Source: the human T2T-CHM13v2.0 reference genome, Homo sapiens. From it: 64,000 nt of DNA. The DNA lies in NCBI GenBank assembly GCA_009914755.4, contig CP068257.2, positions 2,816,001 through 2,880,000 of the forward strand, written 5' to 3'. Made by a program: the position numbers and the translations under genes. The notes beneath the pieces are model-generated. The model ran no database searches. It saw only the letters and a list, made by a program, of their open reading frames with translations, and was not told where the DNA came from. Positions 1 to 13,004 of the stretch are shown piece after piece (within the stretch, counting starts at the first letter, position 1; every line of letters begins with the position of its first letter).

Positions 1-2265
1 TCATTAAGTGTGACTTCTTTAACTTTGGTATTTTTTTTTCAAAATTATTTTTGCAATTTAGGGTCCCTTGAGATTCCTCATAAACTTAAAAATTGATTTT
101 TTAATATCTACACAAAATAATTGGCATTTTGCTTCTTGGTTACTTCCTAATTTTATTCTTTTGATGCTATTGTAAATTGAGTTGTTTTCATAATTTTCTT
201 CTCAGATTATTCGTATTACTACATAAAATACAGTTTATTTTTCTATGTTGATTTTGTATGCTACTACTCTGCTGAATTTATTAATTTTAATATTTTTTGT
301 GTGGAATCTTTAAGATTTTCTACATAAAAGAATATATTTTCTGTACACACTTTGATGAAGTTTATTTCATTGTCTTTTTTAATTTCTCTGAATGAAACTT
401 CTAATACAGTGTTGAATAAAAGTGGCTGGCAAGAGCAGACATTCTGTCTTCTGAGCTTAGACGAAATAATTTTGGTCTTTTCCTCTAGAACATGTAGTTT
501 GCTGTGGGTTTTTATACGTGAATTTTACAAAGATGGTTTTCTTTTATTCGTAATTTATTGTTTTTATTATAAAATATTTTGAATTTTGTAAAATACATTT
601 TCTGTATTAATGAGATAATGTTTTCTAAAAATTTTGTTAATGTGTCATATGCATTGATTATTTTTCATATGCTAAAACTTTTGTTAAGAAAGGCTAGCTA
701 AGTGAACCAGTGAGACTGGAAAAAGAATAAAGAAATCTATGCTGGTTGTGATCAATTAGTTGTAAACACCATTGCACTGAAACCAGCCATACGCTAAATC
801 TTCCTTACATTCCAGTAATAAATTCCCCTTGGTCATGGGGTGTAATCTTGCTAGTATGCTGCTGAATGTGGTTAGCTAAGATGTTGCTGAGTAGTTTTGC
901 ATCCGTGTTCATAAGGGATATTAGTCTATGGGTTTTTGTAGTCTCTTTGTCTGGCTTTGGTATGAGCTAATGCTGGCATCATGGAATAAGTTTGGAACTG
1001 CTCTCTTCAGGCTTTTGGTAGATTTTGGAAAGGATTTTTGTTCTATAAATGCTTGATCTAAATCACCAGTGAAGCCAACAAAACAAGGGCTTTTCTTCAT
1101 GAGAGGTTTTTAATTACTGATTCCATTTCCTTAGTAGTTTTCTATCTATTCAGATTTTGTATTTCTTTGTAATCAAGTCTTGCATAAGTAGGAATCTGCC
1201 CACTTTATCTAGGTTTTCCAATTTATCATCCTATCATAGTTCACAGTACACTTTTTTAAACATTTTATTTCTTTGAATTAGTAGTAATGTCCCACTTTCA
1301 TTACTCATTTTAGTATGTGAATATGCTGTTAATTTTTCGTGTGTGTAGCTGAAGTTTTGCCAATTGTTAATTTTTTGAAGAACTGAGAGTGAACTTTTGT
1401 TTTTTTGGAATTCTGTTGTTTGTGTAATCTCTATTGCATTTATCTCTGCTAAAATCTTCAATACTTTCTTCTTTCTCTTTGCTTTGCATCTAATTTGGTC
1501 TTATTTTTCTAATTTACTAGGTGATAAAGTTATTATTTATTTGAAATCTTTGCTCTTTTTAAATGTATCTTAGCTGCAAACTTTTCATCTTAACACTGTT
1601 TTTGCTGTTTCCCATAACTTTTGATATGTTTTGTTTTCATTTTTCTTCCTCTGTATGTTCCTACTTCTTCCGTGATTTCTTCCTTTACTTAATTTATACA
1701 ATTTTGTAATTCTTTAAGTTGTAATTGTGTAGTTGTTTAATTTATACAATTTTGTAAACTTTCTAGCATTTCATCTGTTATTGATTTAATTTGAGATCTA
1801 CTATACAGCCCATCCTGGAGAATTCCCCATGTGCATTTGAGAAGAGTGTGTACTCTGTTTTGTTGGATGGAGTATATTGTATATATCTGTTAGATCAATT
1901 TAGTTCATTGAGTTAGTCAAGTCCTCTATTTCCTAATTTATCATTCATCTCATTTTTCTATTCATTACTCAGAGTGGAGTATTAACATCTTCAACTATTA
2001 TTTTAGAACTGTCTATTTGTCCCTTTAATTCTGTCAACTTAGTCTTTCTATATCTAAATGTTTTATTATTAGGTATGTAAGTGTTTAAACTATTTCTATC
2101 TTCTTGCCAAATGCACGTTCTATGATTATATAATGTCTTATTGTCTCTTGTAACTTTTTAAGTCTATTTTGTCTGCTATTAATATAGTCATCCCCAGTCT
2201 CTTTTTCCTACTATTGGTATAAAATAATTATTTTCTTCCCTTTTTTATAACCCTGAATTGCTGTG
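1..2265 (-). mobile_element. LINE-1 (older L1PB/L1M-like), reverse orientation, ORF2 C-terminal region
   Basis: The reverse complement matches L1 ORF2 3'-half motifs (e.g. 'cagtgttgaataaaagtggctggcaagagcagacattctgtcttct', 'gctggcatcatggaataagtttggaa', 'tgcccactttatctaggttttcc'). The sequence is AT-rich with no intact ORF. Confidence 0.8.
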
Positions 2266-5200
2266 GAAAGCTAACAGTAGCATTACTTAATTTAAAAAGC
2301 ACAGAAATCTTAAATCAATAGCTTAATGTTTGTAAAAGCATTTAAATGGAAATAAGCTACCAGTTCACCAGGAACAAAGGATATCAGTTGGGTCTAAGAA
2401 TAATCATGCCAAAAAGCTCTAGGAGGAAAAGCTCCTGGGAATTAGGACTGTGATAATGGTCTTTGAGATCAAGAAAGAAATGGGGAAATGGGGATGCTCA
2501 GGGTCAGGTACATGCTTAGCAAAAGACCCAGAAAACCCTAAGCTGTCACCTGTGTACTTTAAACTCTGCACAAGTAGAAAATAGAGGCACAAGGAGAGTT
2601 GTAACTTTATGCTGATTAGTAAAGGCATGCTCCAACAAACATACATAGATCCCAGGTGAAAAAAAATCAGATATTTATTTTTAGTGAAGGTTAAAAAATC
2701 TGGAGTCTTACTTTCCAATTAAGGATTAGTGAAAATATTTGGGGAGATTTGCATTGATCAGTTCATCCTGAGGTCAAGAAAATCTTGATTTTAAAATTTG
2801 GAGCCTCCAGTAAAGGATTAGCTTCCACCTAGAGGTGTTCTTTGGCCTTTTGGACTCAGAGCTATCTTGACACTACTACTGGTTACACTGATTTGAAAGT
2901 CAGCTAAGAGCTTGCTACAGAACTCCTGACAAACTAAGTTTGACCTATAGAGGGTTAGGGCATCCCCAGCTGGTTGAAATTTTGTGCCTCCTTCTATCCT
3001 CTGAAGCAAAGCTGCTGTCTCTGTGGGGCCCCCAATTTACTGAGTGTTTCCTATATGACTGGTCCTGGTTCATAGATGAGTCAGGGAAGGTGAAACCTCA
3101 TGATGTCCACTGGGCCGCTGTGGCTGTTTAACCTGTGCCAGCCATACAGAACCTGACATGAGTGGTTGCTCCTCTCAAAGGTCAGAACTCAGGGTTTGGG
3201 ATAATGGCACATATTCTATCTGTTTGGTTATCTACAATGGAAAGTGTAGACTGTCTGAATATCTTTTGGGCTGCAAACCGGAAACAACCCCAGATGCTGA
3301 TCTAACTGGGTCACTCATCTAGAAGTCCATGGTAAGTGTTTTCCAGAGAGTGACCACTATCAAGCTGCAGATTGAACCTAAATCTGTGTCCAACCCAGAG
3401 TCTAATACTGCAAACCAGACTTGGGGTTGCTGGTGAAAGTTGACCTATCTGTCTCATGGTTGAAGAATTCCTAGACCATACCTAGCAGAGTAACCAGAAG
3501 TGGACTTTTAGCCCACTTCTTGAGATATCAGTCACCACTGTTGACTTCTTCAGCATAACAGTCATCTGACTCCAGCCATACCATGTGTCCCTTGAAGCTA
3601 ATCTGTGCCACCTTTTAGGCTTTTGAGGCCAATTGAGCTCTGACTTCGTGGCATTTTTCACCACATCGACTAAAATGGGCCAACTCTACGATGTTCCCTC
3701 CTTTTCCACACATGTTGGTTAGATAATTCGTTGATTAGGTATGCTTTTCTCTAAAAGGGGATTATCTCTTCCAGATTGCCTCCAAGATAAGGATGAAATG
3801 GTTGGGGGATCTAGGAATCTATTTCACAAATTTGGAATTTCGTGCTAATAATTCCTGGGTGAAATGTCTTTCTTTCCCATACCTGCAATTCTAGGCAAGC
3901 CTGGCTTTTGTATCCTCTGAGTTGCATCCCAGCCTAGCAGCAGTTATGGGACTCCAACTTAGTTCTGGTTAAGTTTTATGTAAATATTCTTGTATCTGTT
4001 TTACCTGGCTCTACTAGATAAAATGTCTAGAAAAAAGTAAAGGGCGACTAGAATAAAGGTGAGATTGGTGAGATTATAGATATCGGAATGAGACACACTG
4101 ATTCTGTGGAGATAGAGGGAGAACAACAACCTGGAACGTGGGAAATGAACAACTTAGACCTCGGAAGCTACGGGGAATGGTGGGACATTAACAACTTTTT
4201 TTCTTTCTGAATAACCCCTGGTGCAGCCCACAAAAGAGTCTGGAAATACTATTAGAACAGACGGTAAGACAGAGGCTGTGGATTCAGCTCCTTTTGGTCT
4301 CCACGTTACTCTTAAGAATCCTTTGAGACTATTCTATCTCTCTGTGATGTAGGCATGGAACTCTAGTGGGCAGTGTGCACTCTCGGTGCCCATGGTTCAA
4401 CGCCACAGTTTTTCAGATGATGGACAACCATTGCTTTTTCCTGAAGAGACTTAGTACCCTGTGGCTGAGCTTAAGCGGGACTCTAGGAATTACTGATTGC
4501 ATTTTCTTCTTCTTCTGTGAACTGCGATTTCTCCTTCTGTTTTTCTACTACCTAGAGATTAATCTGTATTTGTCAATATTTAGGTAAATCAGAGACATAA
4601 AGCAGATAAGGAACCCTAGACACAGCTTCTAGCATAGCTGGACTCTTGCCTGTTTCTCTTCCCACTTTATGAGATCAATTATATTGGCACAGAGAGATAG
4701 CCTTAGATGGGTCTCTCAGGATCAATTAGAGAAGCATACTTCTAGAGAAGCTGGTAGAACAGGGCAGGAAGGCCAGTGAGGATCAAAGCTTCTATCCAAA
4801 TGTTTTAGCCTAGCTGTGTGTGGCAGACGAATCAAGGAAAGCTCCCAGATCCCTGGAAGGGATTATTAAGAGAGGATCCATTAGATTAGAATGCTAGGGT
4901 GGGTGTTCTTCTATCACCTTCTGAGTCAGATTTCCAGGGTTAAGTCTCTGGTAGGGCTGCAGAGAAATGCTCGCCTGGGAAAGCCTCTGATCAAGTGCAA
5001 CATAGGTGACTCCCGCACAGGGAGAAGTCCTCTATTTGAGGAACATCATATGTGTTTGGATGTATCTGTGCTCTTCCTCAGCAGAGGACCATTGACTGAA
5101 TGACTGTTTGACAATTACGCATAAAGAGCCCTATATTATTTTGAATTTAGTAAATATTGGAACAGAAACAAACAATATTATCTACTTTCAAATTGAATAA

Positions 5201-5449
5201 CAGCATGAGCAACTTCCAGGAAAATGTCACAGGAGGAAACTCTGGGGCCTTGCTCATCACCAGAAACCTTGAAAATCCTGATGCAACCTGTAGGGTTAAC
5301 CTTATCAACACTTAGTTTTTTACCATATAGATTTATCTTCATAAAAAATATTTTCTTTGGACCTTTATTTTGTTATATGCCATGAAGAATAAATCATTTA
5401 TTTCCTTTGCGATAAGAACATCACATTTTTACACCTCAAGTATTAATGG

Positions 5450-5790
5450 TTCCATCCCCCATGTAGTTTTTGTTGCGATGGCCTGAATGTTTATGTCCCT
5501 TTGCAAATTCCTATGTGGATAATTTTAGGCGTGTGGCCTTTGGGGAAGTGGTGAGGCCAAGAGTTCTTCATCTTCATGAATGGAATCAGTGCTCTTTCAA
5601 GGGAAGTTGAAGGCAATGCCCTTGTCCCGTGTGCAAGATGGTACCATCTATGGGGAACAGGGCTCTCAACATATACTAAATTTTCTGCTGCCTTGATCTT
5701 GCACTTTCCGGACTCCATAACTGTGAAAAATACATTTCTGTTGTTTATCCTTTACCCAGTCTGAGGTATTTTGTTATAGCAGCCTGGATG
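5450..5790. repeat. ancient interspersed repeat (MER/LTR-type terminal module)
   Basis: Contains the widespread terminal motif '...gatggcctgaatgt...ccagtctgaggtattttgttatagcagcctgga...', which resembles the ends of many MER/LTR elements. The family is not resolved. Confidence 0.35.
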
Positions 5791-8700
5791 CACTATGACA
5801 CTTTCTTAGGCACTTTGGTCTATTTCTGAATTTTTAGTTTCAGTGACATATGAGTTTTTAATCAATCAAGATTTTTCACAGAGCTTGCCAGTCTTGTTTT
5901 TTGCTTTTTTTTCAGAGTTTTCTTGTCTATTCTTATGTGTGTTTTCATCTATATAATATTTTATAGTAACGTGTACTTCCAATATTTAATGGTATCTGTA
6001 TAGGAACAAAATTGAATTTATAAATAAACTTAAGGACAATTGATGTTGATAATATTGAGATTTGCTGCCTAAGAATATGATACAAATTGTCTATTTGCTT
6101 ATGTCTACATTCATATATTTCATAAACTTTCTATGTTTTTCTCATATTCTGTACACATTTTTGTAATGTTTATTCCTAGTTTATTTTATTCTGCTAAAAA
6201 GTAATTTGAGACACAATGAAATTGCAAAGTGTCTATTTGAGTAAGAGCAATTGATAAATTATAAAATATCAGACCAAAAGATATTTAGTGCTTCTCTGAC
6301 AGAGTAAGAAGCAAGTATTTATTGAAAAAATGTAGAAACAAAAAAATCATTTGATTGGTGGTAACACAACTTTTTTATTGTTTTTTGTTCGTCTGTTTAT
6401 CTTGTTGGACAGTTTCTATTTATATAAGGATGTTGGCTACTCCTGATTGGTTGAGCTTCATTTCTCTTTTTTAAATAGGCAGCTACAAGAAATATTTAAG
6501 TTTTGCTTGTATTTGCAAATCAAGCAAGGTTGAGATCACTTATGAGACCTAACTAATTTCGTGTGCTCAGAGATTATTGAGACGTGATCTCCATTTTAAT
6601 TTATTTTAACAAATTTTCTGTACTTTTAATTCCCATCCAAACTGTAACTTATAAATTATTATTGTTGTACATATGTAGGCCCATGTTGTGTATGCTTTGA
6701 AGACATGTCCTGCTTTCAAACTCATTTGTATTATGTTATTATTGAATTTGCCCCATTTATTGGAATTATATACTGCAATCTCCCAACTACAAGAGGTATG
6801 AGTTCTGAGGAGATCACAGTAAAGATGAGTCAGAAGTGAAAACGGTTCTCCAACTCACACATGCAGTAAAAACAAATTTCACGTGGATATAATGAGTAAT
6901 TATTTAAAATTTAAAATACCCTAAAAACATTAACGTTTATCTCATTACTATGTAATATGGAAATTACAAGACAAAAAAACCCAAAGACTTATTTTTAAAA
7001 TAGAAATGGAGCTTTTTATATGATGAAATGGTCCATAATTTAAATGTAAAAAGTGAATAGGAAATATATGAAATAAAATAAAATTATTTGTAAAAGTGAC
7101 AATGCCCGTATTAGATTTAACAATATCTTACAATGAAATAAGTTGAAACCTACAAAATAGAAGAAAGTTTAAAATTAGGCAAATATTATGAGCCAGGTGA
7201 AGATTAAATACATATATCAATAAGCATTTAATGTATTTTGTCTTAGATTTTATATGAAATAATAAAAAGTAAGCAAACCAATAGCAAGGTAATTTCACCC
7301 TGATTGATTCAAACTGAAAAAATATTAACATTTCTCCATGAGAAGTTGGATTCATGGATTGGCCTCATGCTGCATTCAAGGCACTTTGGCCAGGACCCAA
7401 CACTCATTGCCAAGAGTCAACAGGCTAGAAGTTTGCTTTTAAGATGTTCCCCGGCCTGCAACCCAGACACTTTGTCTTGACTACTTCTTCAACTCTGACA
7501 TAGGTTTTGCTGATATAAATGCAAACCCAGCTCTATACCTACCAAGCATCTACATGGCTAGAGCTGCACATTGAATATTTAGGCATTAGGCAAGAGGTCT
7601 TCCCAGGTTTCCAAGCAGACTTTCTAGAATTTCCCAAAAATACTGACATTGTCTTTTTCAGACCCAATCTCCCAAAGAGAATCAGAGAGATGGTCTGGAA
7701 GCCATTTAGAATCTCCAGCCTCCAATTTAGTAACAATGGACTTGGATACAAAGAGGCAACCTACTGACCTCAAAGACACCAGCCCAGATTCTGGGCATTG
7801 AATTCCTGCCTCCCCATGAAAGATCTCATCTGAGTCACATCAAAGCCCACACTCTTCTTCAACGTTCACCTTCCAGACACGCTCCAAAACAGCCCCTCAG
7901 AATTGTCTTGAGATGAAACAAAAGGTGATGAAGCTCCAGGTTTGGAATGCCTGCCTCATTCCTCACTCCTGAAAAGTCTACACCTGCTGGTTAGAACTCT
8001 CATACATTAGGGAGCCCGGGTTCTCAGAGTGCATCCTCTAACAGGACCTCCTGGCCTTTTCCTCCTTGGAGGAGAGTGCCCAAGAATAAGAGGGAATACA
8101 TGGCCTCCACTCTCACTTGACTTGATTGACTGATGAACTGATGTCTGAGGAGGAAACATATGTAGGGAACAGCCTGGGTCTTTTGAATCCCTGTTCCCCA
8201 GCTATGATGCCTGTGCAAATGGAGGGAGAATCCCCAAGTATTGTTGGGAGGTAGACAGACACTGGCTAACACAATTAAGTAAATATAAGGTGACTTGCAG
8301 GGGAATTTATCATATGTCATATACAAAATTTTAGTTAGTGAACTTTATTTAAAAACAGTCACAATTTGTAAGGGGAGTAAAGTATAATTTTAATGGGGAG
8401 CTATGAAAATTATCTGCACTTGCTATGTAAATGATTGAGTTAGGGGTAACAATCTGAAGGTCATGAGCTTGATATCTGCTACTTAATTTCATAAGACATT
8501 TACTTGCAAATGGTTGTCATTTTTGCTCTCACCATATGAAAATTTTTTCTTGCTAAGAGCATTACTATGAAAGAAAAACTAGAAATTTTGCCAATTTCGG
8601 TTATTAAAACAATAAAACTGGTTTGTTTGTTATTCTTAACCAAATGCTCCTACAGATGGCACATAGTACCCATGCTTTGATTGTTTTTTTCCCACCTTAA

Positions 8701-8806
8701 GTCAATTGCCTTTCATTTTATTCATCAAACTGTTTTTACTGTAGATAGACATTGCAGTTGTCATGTGCCCTATGGATTTGTACTTTATTAGAAATATGAA
8801 TTCTCA

Positions 8807-8928
8807 GGCCGAGTATATTGGCTCACGTCTGTAATCCCAGCACTTTGCGAGGTGGAAGAGAGTGGATCACCTGAGGTCAGGAGTTCAAGACCAGCCTGAC
8901 CAACATGGTAAAACCCCATCTCTCTACT
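8807..8928 (+). mobile_element. Alu left-monomer fragment
   Basis: 'ggccgagtatattggctcacgtctgtaatcccagcactttg...gtcaggagttcaagaccagcctgaccaacatggtaaaacccc' matches the Alu 5' half. Confidence 0.85.
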
Positions 8929-10163
8929 ATTTACAGTTCGCATTGTACCTTGCAATGAATATACATTTTATCCAAAAAGCCTAAAAAATAATGAAATTGG
9001 GGGTGGGGGCATGGCTGGAAGTATAGATAAAACAAAAATGACACATGACTAGCAGCTGTTAAAGCTGGCTGACTGGTCTGTTATACTTTTTTTGTATTGT
9101 GTATACGTTTTTAGTGATCTGTAATAAAACACTTGTACAAAATGACAAAGTTTATCTACACTTAGCTCTTAAGGTCTTGGTTACCTTTGGGAAGGAGAAA
9201 GTGTCAGGGGCATGAACAAATCTGATTCTTAGATACACAAGTGTATTTATTTAGTAATAATTCATCAAACATTCCCTAAATGCTTTGTGCCTATATTGCT
9301 GTATGCATGTTATATATCAATAAAAATGTAAAGAATGCATATTTGCATAACAATCCTAAATTAATATTTTAGAAAAATAGCAATGTTTTGTTTTGTTTTC
9401 AAGTGGGGCGTGTTCACTCAGGACATCATCAGGTGTATGTTAATGTTCCAAGTTATTTATTTATGTTTTAACTTTTGGGTGAGCCCCCCTGGGTCTTTTA
9501 ATTTTTACTTCAACACAGTAAGTAGCATGGTTTTAACTTTTTGGAATGCAGCTTTGTTTTCATCAAGGTTCTCCCCGAAGAATGATGCTCACCCACGCCA
9601 GGGCACACAGTGACCCGTGCACAGGATGCACTGAGCACACACGGCACTGGGTGAACCAGGAACAGAAGGAGAAGCCAGCCTGGGTCTGCAAAATATACTT
9701 TGCAGGAAAAGCAGGTAAAATGGAAAGGTCACAATTCAGCAGCAAACGTTTTCACATTCATTGGAGAAATCATTTCTAACAAAAGCTGCTCGTTAAAGCC
9801 ATGGTTTTCTGGCTTGCCTACACATTGTAATCACCTGCACGACTTTCAACCGTATTTTTTTCAGATCCAGCTCCAAGGATTCTGATTTAGTTGTGCGGTT
9901 ACAACTTGGGTTTAAGGGATTTTGAAAGTTTTCCTCCCCGCAGGTGATTCTCTTGCGCCAGGGGTAAGAAGAGCTGGATAGGGGTGAGGGATGCTTTAGC
10001 TGTGAGAGATAGCCATGTACGCTTCAGGATTTGCCCCATCGCATATCTGGAGTTCGGGGTCTTAGAAAGCTTTCTTGCCCTGTTAAAAATTAAAGGATGG
10101 CTTCAATACATACTTAGCTGCTTGGCTACATTGCAGAAAAACAAATTGCCTTTCCAGAGATCA

Positions 10164-10466
10164 GTTTTTTGAGACAGGGTTTTGCTCTGTCAGCCAGGCT
10201 GGAGTGCAGTTGTGTGATCATGGTTCATTGCAGCCTTGACCTCCCAGGCTCAGGTGATCCTCCAGCTCCAGCCTTCTGAGTAGTTGGGACTGAAGTCATG
10301 CACCACCAGGCCTGGCTAATTTTTCAAATTTTTTTTTTTTTTTTTTTTTTGTAGAGATGGCTTTCTCTATGCTGCCTGGGCTGGTCTCAAACTCCTGGTC
10401 TCAAGTGATCCTCCCACCTCAGTCTCCCTAATAGTTCGACCTACAGGTACAGGGAAGCATGCCCGG
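10164..10466 (-). mobile_element. Alu (full length, reverse)
   Basis: The reverse complement matches Alu: 'tttttgagacagggttttgctctgtcagccaggctggagtgcag...' through '...cagggaagcatgcccgg'. An internal T-run corresponds to the A-rich linker. Confidence 0.9.
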
Positions 10467-12721
10467 TGTATTTATTAAAATGTAGTTACCAGAATATTTA
10501 AAATTCACTTGTGCCTCTCATATTATTTCTTAGAGAATTGCCTCCCTTTTGAAATCTCAGGCTGCCTGCTCTAAAACCTGGATGTGCCAGGAAAGTAAAA
10601 CATCTGAAATTTTAAAACAATTGTCATTATATTGATTCCATATATGAATAACACATATATATTATTCATTAATACAAATAATCTTACATACAAATGTAAA
10701 TGCAAATATTTTACAGGCAGGGCCAGTTTCTAGTTCACAGAGGAAGCCCTGCCAGAAAAGGATCCAGAAAAAACCTATAATTCTTGCTTTATTCAACCCA
10801 GTGTCAAATCACATATGTCACTCATGGTCTGAGGCGGCAGGGTAGGGAATTGAACTACATCCAATCATGGGTCTTGGAGTGGAAACTATCTAATCAGGTG
10901 CACAGCTGGAGAAGAATGGGCAGCTTTTTGGAAGTACGGAGGCCTTGGCCTGTCTCTCCACTCAGAGCTCAGGACACTAGAGCCACCTCAACATAATCAC
11001 CTGTTTTTTAGTTATTTTAACACTCCAAAAGGGAACTAGTTTTCTCATGCATTTTCCAAATGTGTGGCAGGCAGAGACTCAAATCTAACTCCCTGTTGCC
11101 CCAGCCTAACTCTGGCTTGCAATCAGATTTTAAATTTCCAGTTCTTTCCTGACACTCACCAACACTAACTAACCTTCCATAATTCACAACATTATCAACT
11201 GTTCTTTATTGTACATTTCAGACACAGTATTTCAATTCTTCTTTTTGTCAAAAAGCAGTGGATGTCATTTAAAAAAATTTTTTCTCATTTGTAAACATTT
11301 TACAGGAGATGAAAGCAGAGAATAATCCCCTGACACCCCACTGTAAAAAAAATAAATAAAAAGCGGAAAACCTTTGTGCCCCTTTGTTTAAACTTCTCTT
11401 GGCACAGACACCCCATCAGAAAGCCTTTGGGTTCAGGTTTCATTTTGGAAACTTCACAGGGCAATACATCCTCAGCCATCCTGTTATTTTCTTGGTTTTG
11501 AATTTCAAAACTGTTTGAGGATTCCCCAAGATGCCAACAGTGGCCATGACTCTTGAAGTGTCTAGTAAATAGCATCCCTTGTGTCATCTCCTCTCAGGGA
11601 ACAGCCCAAAGTATGGGAATGCAGCCTCTCTGTGGAGTGGTTGTTTGAGCTGTGCCTGGAAGGAATCTCTAGGTATACCCTTGCGCTAAAAGCAAACCCA
11701 TTAGGTCATTAAGATTTTCTTACCCCAAAGCTTAGTTTCCATTCCTTAGAGACACATTGCAGGCCAGGCAAATGGATGCTGATATTGAGGAAAAAATGTT
11801 CTCAGATTGGTGAAGGGAGAGAAAATATTTCAAAGGACAAAGAAACCCAACCTAGTGAGGCAGTGCAAAAACCTGCAAAGTAAAATGCACCTCAGGGACA
11901 CAGAGGAGCACAGGGTAGCGGCTCCTGGTAGGATGGTCATGACCCACTTCACTGAACCAGATGTGAGTGGGGAAAATATCCCAAGTAATAGAATGGCTTG
12001 ACTTGACCCTTGGGTCTGATATGTCTGTGTTTCAATCGGCACTGTCACCTTCTAATTTTGTCACCTTGAAAATGTTTTTGTACTTACTTTAACTTCACTT
12101 TTTAATTAACTGTAAATTATGTTTTATCAGTAGAGCTTGAAAGGTATGAAAATATTTATAAAGCACATTAAGTTGGTGAATTTTGAATAAAATTAAGTAG
12201 TAATATATTTCACTTGTTAAAAATTGTTACTTGCCTATTTCTTTAGCAGAATGAGTGTTGTACATTTCCCAGGACTGTTTTTTATTTGTCTGAGAGGTGA
12301 TTTCAAGCAGAATCTCACGGCTTACTGTTGGGAATGTTACCAGGTGTATAGATAGGGATAGTCTCTCTTCCACTACGGTGGTAGGAAATGAATACATACC
12401 TACAAGCACGTGAGGTAGATTAATTGTTAAATTACATAAATTTATCACATCAGTTATTCTTTTTTCAAAACAGAGAACTTCTGATAGTGAATATCTCTGT
12501 TCCATATGCTGTCATCTGGGTGTTTGAGGGTAACGCTAAGTTTTAGGAGCTGGGACTTGGCACCGCCTGGAAGTGTTCACATATGATTGTTTACTAAATG
12601 ATTTGTTATGAACATAATTAAATTACATGTTTATTTTCTGAAAGGAATAGATACTTTGGCTTTTCTTGTTGAGTTATAAAATGTAAGCCCCTTATAACTT
12701 TCTTTTTTAATTTTAATTTTA

Positions 12722-13004
12722 TTTTTTAGACTTAGTTTCACTCTTGTTGCCCAGTCTGGAGTGCAATGGCACGATATTGGCTCACTGTAACCTCCACCTC
12801 CCGGAAGCAATTCTCCTGCCTCGGCCTCCCAAGTAACTGGGATTACAGGAATACACGACCACCCCCGTTTAAGTTTGTATTTTTAGTAGAGACTGTGTTT
12901 CTTCATGTTAGTGAGGCTGGTCTCGAACTCCTGACCTCAGGTAATCTGCCCGCCTCAGCCTCCCAAAATGCAGGGATTACAGGCATGAGCCACCATGCCC
13001 GACC
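12722..13004 (-). mobile_element. Alu (reverse)
   Basis: 'cactcttgttgcccagtctggagtgcaatggcacgat...cctcccaaaatgcagggattacaggcatgagccaccatgcccgacc'. Confidence 0.9.
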
